Positions 33,605 to 40,596 of a stretch of DNA of 64,000 nt are shown piece after piece. The first letter of the stretch is position 1. Every line of letters begins with the position of its first letter. Made by a program: the position numbers and the translations under genes. The notes under the pieces were generated by a model. The model made no database searches and was not told where the DNA came from. It saw only the letters and a list, made by a program, of their open reading frames with translations. The DNA lies in assembly GCA_964344305.1 (NCBI GenBank), contig CAYFMT010000010.1:481-64480 (forward strand). The letters are read 5' to 3'. This DNA is from an uncultured bacterium. Its GTDB lineage: Bacteria; Fidelibacterota; Marinisomatia; Marinisomatales; JABMOV01.

Positions 33605-34097
33605 GGTTTAAGGAATAGATGGTTCGCCACCCATCGACTTCATCACAAGTTTTCACACATTGTACCGAATTGAACCAGAAGGTTGATGGCAAAACCAGTC
33701 GTTTCTGGTAATCCATTTTCTTTTGGATTGAATCTTTCAGATACCCTAAAGAAATATGAGGATCAAATTGGTACGACTTGTTCCGAACAAGCAATTCAAT
33801 GTCCTTGAATAACATGGTTAAAGTGTCATTCTGGGTAAGCTGGATAATTATGGATTTCCAGTAATCTTCTGTCACGCAAATACCATTCCCATTCAAACAG
33901 AATGAATGATATTTGTGTATGATTTCATTTAAAATATCCCTTTTAGGTGGTTCAGTTAACTTCCCCATCAGCGTACAGTGCGGTTGGAAAGATGTTGATT
34001 GAGTCATGTCTGAAATTTGCCCGATTATTCTTTGCAAAACAGAAGAATGAAATTCATCAGGCATTAACCAAAGCGAGTATCGACCCTGTAGATTCAT
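33579..34097 (-). CDS. 2H phosphoesterase superfamily protein (cyclic phosphodiesterase-like)
   Basis: YSLWLMP start and two H-x-T/S-L motifs (HCTL, HISL). It overlaps the downstream gene by 26 nt. Confidence 0.7.
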   Translation of the reverse strand: MNLQGRYSLWLMPDEFHSSVLQRIIGQISDMTQSTSFQPHCTLMGKLTEPPKRDILNEIIHKYHSFCLNGNGICVTEDYWKSIIIQLTQNDTLTMLFKDIELLVRNKSYQFDPHISLGYLKDSIQKKMDYQKRLVLPSTFWFNSVQCVKTCDEVDGWRTIYSLNLGEKNASK

Positions 34098-34201
34098 GGG
34101 ACAATTTAAATGGATCGTCCATACTATGTTGCCAGGAAGTTTCAGACGTATGGTTAACTATGTTTTAGCCAAAATACACGTTTTTAGAAATCCTATTTAT
34201 C

Positions 34202-34231
34202 TTGCAAAGCCTTTTCTTTTTACTCTATATT
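34202..34231 (+). promoter_or_regulatory. candidate promoter (TTGCAA - 18 nt - TATATT) for a plus-strand transcript in the spacer
   Basis: -35-like TTGCAA at 34202..34207 and -10-like TATATT at 34226..34231. TATATTCG also approximates the Bacteroidota-type TAnnTTTG element. Confidence 0.3.
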
Positions 34232-34237
34232 CGGATG

Positions 34238-34529
34238 TGGTTATCTACTTATGTAACTACGCTTTTTGAAAGTTTCACTCAGCACTGGTGAACCCATTGA
34301 TAGGTATTATTCCAACCTCACTCCTTTTGGTTGCCTGTTTAGTTTTTTGGAATAATCCTGTTAATAGAGTATGATACCCAGCCAACCTATGTACTCTGCA
34401 TGCATCCCATCTCCCACCAGGGGTCATGCAATCCATGTGTTGAGTGTTTTTTAGTAGACCGGTCACGTGCAGAGCGGGGGATTGACGGCTTTTGTCAACA
34501 AATTCCATGCACTTGATCGGTCTTTTTTT
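34238..34529 (+). ncRNA. candidate structured RNA or 5' leader of unknown class (~290 nt)
   Basis: Five hand-found helices. H0 is 34272..34278 / 34288..34293. H1 is 34303..34313 / 34349..34358 (10 bp, 1 bulge). H2 is 34366..34371 / 34392..34397. H3 is 34397..34408 / 34421..34430. H4 is 34456..34471 / 34508..34523 (15 of 16 bp) with an inner hairpin TTGAC-GGCTTTT-GTCAA, followed by T7. Confidence 0.35.
34456..34529 (+). terminator. long hairpin plus T7 run, intrinsic-terminator-like
   Basis: AGACCGGTCACGTGCA ... TGCACTTGATCGGTCT followed by TTTTTTT. No plus-strand protein gene lies upstream of it. Confidence 0.55.
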
Positions 34530-34657
34530 ATTCCCTAACAATATAATGAAAAAGTATCAGGACCATTGAAAAACAGATGATTGGTCTATTTTACACTAAA
34601 TCTGGACTTGTTTATCTTGATTTAAAATATGTAGCTTCAACACTACAGGTAAAATAA

Positions 34658-35107
34658 ATGCTATACTCAAAATCATCTGAATACGCCATACAGGCCATGA
34701 TATATCTGGCAGAAAAAAAGACATCTGATCCCATCATGATCAGTGAAATTGCCAAAGGATATAACATTCCTCAACAATTCCTGGCAAAGATTGCCCAGAC
34801 CCTCGTTAAACACCGTTTATTGGAAGCAATTCGTGGTAGAAATGGCGGTGTAAGACTGGCAAAACCACCTTCAGAGATTTACCTGCACCACATTGTGTGG
34901 GCCATCGATGGCCCCCCTTCGGATCGTGAACAATGCGTTATAGGTGTCGATTATTGTTCCGATTCAGCACCCTGCCCTCTTCATCATAGATGGAAAGTCA
35001 TCCGGGAGGATATTCGGGAAATGCTCGAATCTGAAACCCTGGAGGAACTGGGCGAACGCGTTTTAGAAAAGCGCGAATTGATGAAGAATCTTGGACTGAA
35101 TTCTTAG
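34658..35107 (+). CDS. Rrf2-family transcriptional regulator with putative Fe-S ligand cysteines
   Basis: N-terminal wHTH (SEYAIQAMIYLA...ISEIAKGYNIPQQFLAKIAQTL) and a Cys triad CVIGVDYCSDSAPC. Confidence 0.88.
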   Translation: MLYSKSSEYAIQAMIYLAEKKTSDPIMISEIAKGYNIPQQFLAKIAQTLVKHRLLEAIRGRNGGVRLAKPPSEIYLHHIVWAIDGPPSDREQCVIGVDYCSDSAPCPLHHRWKVIREDIREMLESETLEELGERVLEKRELMKNLGLNS

Positions 35108-35175
35108 ACTAATCCCTTAAACCTGCTCTCCCCAACCACTTTTCTGACATAAGCGGATAATTGTATCTTATTTTC

Positions 35176-35204
35176 TTGTCAGTATTTCATTTCGTCCATA
35201 ATTT
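35176..35204 (+). promoter_or_regulatory. candidate promoter (TTGTCA - 17 nt - TAATTT) for the merR-psr operon
   Basis: Hexamers at 35176..35181 and 35199..35204 in the 139-nt spacer between the Rrf2 and MerR genes. Confidence 0.3.
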
Positions 35205-35223
35205 CAATTTCAATATTTACTTT

Positions 35224-35245
35224 ATCTAGATTCGCTAGACTAGAT
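35224..35245 (+). promoter_or_regulatory. inverted repeat ATCTAG-N10-CTAGAT just upstream of the MerR start codon
   Basis: Perfect 6-nt arms at 35224..35229 and 35240..35245, ending 4 nt before ATG 35250. Confidence 0.3.
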
Positions 35246-35249
35246 TTTG

Positions 35250-35729
35250 ATGACAGTCAACACAACAAACACGTATACAATTAGCAGCGATGAATCGGAT
35301 GTTTCACATCCGGTTTTTACTATTGGAGTCACATCCCGATTAACAAATACATCTGTTCATGCGCTACGAATGTATGAGGAAAAGGGACTGTTGATCCCTT
35401 ACAAAACACGTACAAACAGACGTTTGTATTCAAAAGCTGATGTAGAGCGGATTCAGTGCATTCGGCATCACATTGATGAAGAAGGACTAAATATTGCCGG
35501 AATAAAAGTTCTGCTGGCCATGGTCCCCTGTTGGGATATTCGCCCGTGCTCTCATGAAGATCGCATGAACTGTGCAGCCTTCACCTCTGTCAGTGAGCCG
35601 TGTTGGGAAGCTGAGCCAAAGGGAAATGAATGTGAACATGCAAATTGTCGTGAATGCCATGTCTACCAACTGGGACAGCGATGCGCAAATGTAAAACAAC
35701 TCTATCAAGAAATTTATATCCGGAAATAA
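35250..35729 (+). CDS. MerR-family regulator with C-terminal Cys-rich 2x(P-C-W) domain
   Basis: MerR HTH (FTIGVTSRLTNTSVHALRMYEEKGLLIPYKTRTNRRLYSKADVERI). The C-terminal ~65 aa carry 8 Cys: PCWDIRPCSHEDRMNCAAFTSVSEPCWEAEPKGNECEHANCRECHVY. The track starts at TTG 35247, and the ATG is at 35250. Confidence 0.85.
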   Translation: MTVNTTNTYTISSDESDVSHPVFTIGVTSRLTNTSVHALRMYEEKGLLIPYKTRTNRRLYSKADVERIQCIRHHIDEEGLNIAGIKVLLAMVPCWDIRPCSHEDRMNCAAFTSVSEPCWEAEPKGNECEHANCRECHVYQLGQRCANVKQLYQEIYIRK

Positions 35730-35735
35730 AATTGA

Positions 35736-37979
35736 ATGTCTACGATTAATCGAAGAGAATTTATCCGCATAGCGGGATTGGGACTGGGTGGACTGGCCAT
35801 ATCCAACCCACTTTTTAACTATTTGAAGGGTGATATTCTAATTCCAGATAGCATCCCGGGTACCTACACAAAAAGAGTACCAACTTACTGTGAAATCTGT
35901 TTTTGGAAATGCGCAGGATGGGTTCACCTGAACGATAATGGGGACATCTGGAAAATAACGGGAAACGATGATGACCCACATTGTAATGGCAGATTTTGTC
36001 CTCGTGGCACAGGTGGTGTTGGTATGTACACTGATGAGGACCGCCTGAAGACACCACTTATTCGTATTGAAAAACGTGGAAAGCAGGTGTTCAAGGAGGC
36101 GTCATGGGAAGAGGCTCTTAACGTTATTGCTACAAAGATGCAAAAAATCGCAGATGACCATGGACCAGAATGCATCGCACTATTTTCCCACGGTTCCGGT
36201 GGAAAATATTTTGGACATCTATTAAAAGCATTCGGCTCACCTAACATTACTGCACCGTCTTATGCTCAATGCCGTGGCCCAAGAGAGGTGGGGTTCATTT
36301 CAACATTTGGTGAAGGCGTTCAATCCCCTGAAAGAACAGATATTCGGGATACAAATTGCCTGGTCCTCATTGGGTCCCACATTGGTGAAAACATGCATAA
36401 TGGTCAGGTACAGGAAATGTCCCAGGCCATAGACAGGGGTGCCACCATTATAACAGTTGATCCTCGTTTCAGCACGGCTGCAAGTAAATCCAAATACTGG
36501 CTCCCCATCAAACCATCCACAGATCTTGCATTGCTCCTTTCATGGATCCATGTGTTGATTTATGAAGGCTTGTATCAAAAAGAATATGTAGAAAAATACA
36601 CTTTCGGATTTGATGAATTGAAGGAGCACGTTCGTAATTACACACCTGAATGGGCCTACGGTATTACAACTATCAAACCGAGAATGATTAGAGATACGGC
36701 ACGAGAAATGGCCCATGCTTCGCCTGCCACCATTGTTCATCCCGGTCGTCACGTAACCTGGTATGGAGATGATACACAACGCCTCAGAGCCATTGCCATT
36801 CTCAACGCACTTCTTGGATCCTGGGGACAGCGTGGTGGATACTACAATCCTGAAAAAGTGGACATCCCAAAAATCAACACGCCAAAATACCCACAGCCAA
36901 CCCGAACATGGAGAGATGCGTTTCCCGGAAAATTTCCCCTGGCAGGCATTGCTCTGGCTTCTGGTATCTGTGATGCCTCCATCCCTGCACCTGAAAGAGA
37001 CTGTTCCTTCAAGGGCTGGATTGTTAATGGAACTAACCTTCTTTTTACATTGCCAGATCAGAAAAAAACACTGGAAGCGATACAAAATCTGGATCTTTTG
37101 GTTGTGGTAGATACCATGCCAATGGAAATTACCGGGTATGCGGATGTGATCCTCCCCGAATGCACATATCTTGAACGATATGACACCATTCGCAATAGTC
37201 CACACAGGGATCCATTCATCGCACTTCGAGCACCGGCTGCCAAACCAAAATACAATACAAAATCAGCCTGGGAAATGGCAAGACTTCTCGGATTGAAACT
37301 TGGACTGGAAGATTACTTCCCATATAAAACTCAAGAAGAGGAATTATCCTGGCAGCTTAAGAAAATGGGGACCTCCCTTGAAGAAATGAAACGAATTGGT
37401 GTAAAGAAATTTGATCGTGACTATGATGATCTCTATCCACTTGAAGGGCTCCCTGACTATGAGTTTAATACCAACACAGGAAAGATTGAGTTGTATTCAA
37501 CTGAGATAGACGAAGCAGGGTTTGAACCTATGCCTGTATACACGGCTCATGAAGAACCGCCCACGGGGTATTATCGGTTGATCTATGGACGGGCCCCCAT
37601 GCACACATTCAGCAGGACTGCCAATAATCCCAATTTAACTGATCTCATGGATGAAAATATGATCTGGGTCAATCCCAAGGTCGCAAAAGAATGGGATTTA
37701 AAGTCCAACCAGGAAATCTGGCTGGAAAACCAGGATGGGGTTATTAGTTCTAATTCCATAAAAGTGCGCATAACCGAGAGGATACGATTTGATTCTGTCT
37801 ATATGGTCCATGGTTTTGGTCATACTCAAAAGCAAATGACCAGGGCCTTCAAGCGTGGGGTTTCAGATTCAGAAATGATCACGAAAGTTCATGAAGACCC
37901 ATTAATGGGCGGGACTGGTATGCGTGGGAATTTTGTTACATTCCTTGTGGATGAACCTGTCATGAAAGGAACATCCTGA
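35736..37979 (+). CDS. psrA: molybdopterin oxidoreductase catalytic subunit, polysulfide/thiosulfate reductase (Psr/Phs) type, Tat-exported
   Basis: Twin-arginine signal NRREFIRIAGLGLGG, an FS0 motif CEICFWKC..(n)..CNGRFCPRG and a candidate Mo-ligand Cys in YAQCRGP. The 747-aa length fits Psr/Phs rather than Arr/Ttr. Confidence 0.8.
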   Translation: MSTINRREFIRIAGLGLGGLAISNPLFNYLKGDILIPDSIPGTYTKRVPTYCEICFWKCAGWVHLNDNGDIWKITGNDDDPHCNGRFCPRGTGGVGMYTDEDRLKTPLIRIEKRGKQVFKEASWEEALNVIATKMQKIADDHGPECIALFSHGSGGKYFGHLLKAFGSPNITAPSYAQCRGPREVGFISTFGEGVQSPERTDIRDTNCLVLIGSHIGENMHNGQVQEMSQAIDRGATIITVDPRFSTAASKSKYWLPIKPSTDLALLLSWIHVLIYEGLYQKEYVEKYTFGFDELKEHVRNYTPEWAYGITTIKPRMIRDTAREMAHASPATIVHPGRHVTWYGDDTQRLRAIAILNALLGSWGQRGGYYNPEKVDIPKINTPKYPQPTRTWRDAFPGKFPLAGIALASGICDASIPAPERDCSFKGWIVNGTNLLFTLPDQKKTLEAIQNLDLLVVVDTMPMEITGYADVILPECTYLERYDTIRNSPHRDPFIALRAPAAKPKYNTKSAWEMARLLGLKLGLEDYFPYKTQEEELSWQLKKMGTSLEEMKRIGVKKFDRDYDDLYPLEGLPDYEFNTNTGKIELYSTEIDEAGFEPMPVYTAHEEPPTGYYRLIYGRAPMHTFSRTANNPNLTDLMDENMIWVNPKVAKEWDLKSNQEIWLENQDGVISSNSIKVRITERIRFDSVYMVHGFGHTQKQMTRAFKRGVSDSEMITKVHEDPLMGGTGMRGNFVTFLVDEPVMKGTS

Positions 37980-38512
37980 TGCGGTATGCCATGGCCATTG
38001 ATACAAAAAAATGTGTGGGCTGTTCAGACTGCGTGGTCGCTTGTCAAATCGAAAATGATGTTCCGATTGGCTACTGCAGGGATTGGATTATTGAATCCGT
38101 TTCAGGTACCTACCCCAAGCTATCCTTGGAATATAGATCTGAAAGATGCAACCATTGTACCAATTCTCCCTGTGTCAGGAGTTGTCCTACCTCCGCATCC
38201 CATTATGGAGAAGGTGGCCTTGTCCTGGTGGACCCAAAGGAGTGCATAGGTTGCAAGGCATGCATTGCTTCCTGTCCGTACGATGCACGATTTGTGCACC
38301 CTGAGGGGTACATTGATAAATGCACTTTTTGTGTCCAAAGGGTAACCAAAGGTGAACAACCTGCCTGTGTGTCTGTTTGTCCCACAAACTGCATGTATTT
38401 TGGGGACCTTGACGATCCAAATAGTGATGTGTCCATTGCGATCAAGAACCATAGATGGAAAACGCTCATCCCAGAAGCGGGTACGGGACCCAATATTTAC
38501 TATTTGATTTGA
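37979..38512 (+). CDS. psrB: 4x[4Fe-4S] electron-transfer subunit (PsrB/NrfC-like)
   Basis: Four Cys groups: CVGCSDCVVAC, CNHCTNSPCVRSC, CIGCKACIASCP and CTFCVQR..ACVSVCP. There is a 1-nt TGATG overlap with psrA. Confidence 0.88.
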   Translation: MRYAMAIDTKKCVGCSDCVVACQIENDVPIGYCRDWIIESVSGTYPKLSLEYRSERCNHCTNSPCVRSCPTSASHYGEGGLVLVDPKECIGCKACIASCPYDARFVHPEGYIDKCTFCVQRVTKGEQPACVSVCPTNCMYFGDLDDPNSDVSIAIKNHRWKTLIPEAGTGPNIYYLI

Positions 38513-38519
38513 GGTAATA

Positions 38520-39461
38520 ATGGTAGAAGAACTCATTGTAAGCGGTAGGCATAATCCAGAAATCGATCCCATGCTGCACATCTGGGGTTGGGAGATTCCT
38601 CTCTACCTTTTCCTCGGTGGGCTGGTTGCAGGGATACTGTTTTTCTCAGGATTTCTTTATGTGCGCGGTCGCTCCGATACCTACCCTACCGCGGTTAAAT
38701 GGGCCCCACTTTTCACACCAATACTTCTGGGTATTGGGCTCCTTGCTCTGTTGATGGATTTATCACACAAACTTTATTTCTGGCAATTGTATACAAATAT
38801 TCGATTTGAATCGCCCATGTCCTGGGGCGCATGGACCCTTCTGATTGTCACACCGCTATCTGCCGTTTGGGCAGCAAGCTGGGTGAAGGATCTTTATCCA
38901 AATTTCAAATGGCCTCATGTCCTTATTGATGAATTTTTCCGGTGGTTTGAGTCTTATAAAAAACTCACAGCCTGGGCATTAATGGTTCTGTCTGTCATTT
39001 TAGGTATGTATACCGGGATCCTTCTATCCGCATTTAATGCAAGGCCATTCTGGAACACTGCTATCCTGGGACCATTGTTTTTGGTTTCCGGTTTATCTGC
39101 CGGTGCAGCCTTTACACTCTTTTTCTCCAAGACCCGCCAGGAAAAAAAGCTGTTTGTTCAATTTGATTTAATACTCATAGGCATTGAGCTATTTCTCATT
39201 GTTCACCTTTTCATGGGATTTCTGGCAGGAACACAGGTACACATTGAGGCTGCACAACTGTTTTTAGGTGGGCCATACACCACTGTATTCTGGGTATTTG
39301 TTGTGTTTCTTGGACTTATTCTACCAGCCATTTTTGAAATTTTAGAATTCAATAAATATAAGATACCACATTTTATTCCACCACTACTGGTAATCATTGG
39401 GGGTCTGTTACTTCGATTCATCGTGGTAGATGCAGGTCAGGCCAGTCGATGGTTATATTAA
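38520..39461 (+). CDS. psrC: NrfD/PsrC-family integral membrane quinol-interacting subunit
   Basis: WGWEIPLYLFLGGLVAGILF start, about 8 TM segments, 313 aa. Confidence 0.85.
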   Translation: MVEELIVSGRHNPEIDPMLHIWGWEIPLYLFLGGLVAGILFFSGFLYVRGRSDTYPTAVKWAPLFTPILLGIGLLALLMDLSHKLYFWQLYTNIRFESPMSWGAWTLLIVTPLSAVWAASWVKDLYPNFKWPHVLIDEFFRWFESYKKLTAWALMVLSVILGMYTGILLSAFNARPFWNTAILGPLFLVSGLSAGAAFTLFFSKTRQEKKLFVQFDLILIGIELFLIVHLFMGFLAGTQVHIEAAQLFLGGPYTTVFWVFVVFLGLILPAIFEILEFNKYKIPHFIPPLLVIIGGLLLRFIVVDAGQASRWLY

Positions 39462-39477
39462 TCGGATTGAGAAAAAC

Positions 39478-39987
39478 ATGAAATCAAAATATATGAATCC
39501 TTATTTAGCCGGGATTTTGCTTGGATTTGTCCTGCTCACTGCTTTCTTTTTCAGTGGTCGCGGCCTGGGCGCAAGCGGCGCAGTAAAAAGTGTCGTGGTT
39601 GCAATTGAGCATACCATTGCACCGGAACACACAGAATCCAATGGGTTTTTTGGAAAGTATGTTAAGGATGGAAAAAAACCAATGCAGAGCTGGCTGGTTT
39701 ACCAGGTTCTTGGAGTACTTGTTGGGGGATTTATTTCTGGTGCACTTGCAGGTCGATTAAAAATCAAAACAGAGCATTCACCGAAAATAACTGTAAACAA
39801 ACGGTTGATTATGGCAGGTATCGGTGGCATACTATTCGGCTATGGCAGTCAACTGGGACGGGGATGTACATCAGGGTCAGCTCTCACTGGAATGGCAGTT
39901 TTATCTGTATCAGGGTTTGTATCTATGGCAGCTATATTCGGTACTGCTTTTCTATTTGCATACATATTTAGAAAGAATTGGATTTAG
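39478..39987 (+). CDS. YeeE/YedE-family sulfur-transport protein, half-size (part 1)
   Basis: GRGLGASG and QLGRGCTSGSALTG motifs, about 4 TM segments. ATG 39478 avoids overlap with psrC. The track ORF starts at 39430. Confidence 0.8.
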   Translation: MKSKYMNPYLAGILLGFVLLTAFFFSGRGLGASGAVKSVVVAIEHTIAPEHTESNGFFGKYVKDGKKPMQSWLVYQVLGVLVGGFISGALAGRLKIKTEHSPKITVNKRLIMAGIGGILFGYGSQLGRGCTSGSALTGMAVLSVSGFVSMAAIFGTAFLFAYIFRKNWI

Positions 39988-39996
39988 GGGGAAGTT

Positions 39997-40587
39997 ATGG
40001 CACCATTAATACCTCAGGAAATAATTGGAGAAGGGTGGAATTTCTTCATCGCATTTGTGGTGGGCATTGGATTTGGGTTTGTTCTTGAGCAGGCAGGCTT
40101 TTCTTCAAGCAGAAAACTTGTTGGTGTGTTTTACGGGTACGATACAGTCGTGTTAAAAGTATTCTTTACTGCAGCTATCACTGGAATGCTTGGATTATTG
40201 TATATGAGTCTGTTTGGCTGGATTGACTTGAATCTTATCTGGGTAAATCCACTGTTTCTCTGGTCATCCATCGTTGGCGGAGTCATTATGGGTCTTGGCT
40301 TTATTATTGGGGGTTACTGTCCAGGCACTAGTGCCTGTGCAGTGGCAATTGGAAAAATTGATGCCCTGGTCTTCATTGGGGGAATTTTTATAGGTATTCT
40401 TTTATTTGGGGAAACATTTCCTCTCATAAAAACCCTCTACATGGCCGGTTCATTTGGATCTTTGAAACTGTCACAGGTTATAGGTATCTCCCAGGGCGTG
40501 CTTGTTTTATTGGTGATTGTGGCAGCCAGTATCATGTTCTATCTCGGGGAACTGGCAGAAAAGAAATTCCCCAGAGATGAGTATTAG
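39997..40587 (+). CDS. YeeE/YedE-family sulfur-transport protein, half-size (part 2)
   Basis: FGFVLEQAGFSSSRKL and GGYCPGTSACA motifs, with multiple TM segments. Confidence 0.8.
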   Translation: MAPLIPQEIIGEGWNFFIAFVVGIGFGFVLEQAGFSSSRKLVGVFYGYDTVVLKVFFTAAITGMLGLLYMSLFGWIDLNLIWVNPLFLWSSIVGGVIMGLGFIIGGYCPGTSACAVAIGKIDALVFIGGIFIGILLFGETFPLIKTLYMAGSFGSLKLSQVIGISQGVLVLLVIVAASIMFYLGELAEKKFPRDEY

Positions 40588-40596
40588 GAGTTTGAC

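Noticed and set aside
34404-34419. tRNA or tmRNA-like 3' end (...CATCCCATCTCCCACCA)
   Set aside because: No T-loop (TTCGAAT-like) precedes it, no acceptor-stem partner is present, and there is no tmRNA 5' GGGG...GAC consensus. It is a coincidental CCA inside hairpin H3.
34275-34541. 88-aa minus-strand ORF in the large spacer
   Set aside because: It runs antisense through the long hairpin and T-run and has an odd basic, Cys and His-rich composition with no recognisable motif. The region is better explained as structured RNA or regulatory DNA. Confidence in this rejection is only moderate.
34098-34657. Possible chromosomal replication origin at the minus-to-plus strand switch
   Set aside because: I found no cluster of DnaA boxes. 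The best candidate is TGTGGTTAT at 34237..34245, a poor match to TGTGnATAA. There is no dnaA, dnaN or gidA nearby, and gene orientation switches back to minus at 43978.
36540-37205. 221-aa antisense ORF inside psrA, with similar ones at 35924..36247 and 38120..38581
   Set aside because: They are embedded in well-supported molybdoenzyme and Fe-S subunit genes. They show no signal, motif or independent start context.
35736-37979. Assignment of the molybdoenzyme as arsenate (ArrA) or tetrathionate (TtrA) reductase
   Set aside because: At 747 aa it is short for those enzymes. The operon has an NrfD-type anchor plus YeeE and rhodanese sulfur-handling genes, which favours Psr/Phs-type chemistry. 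It cannot be fully excluded without phylogeny.
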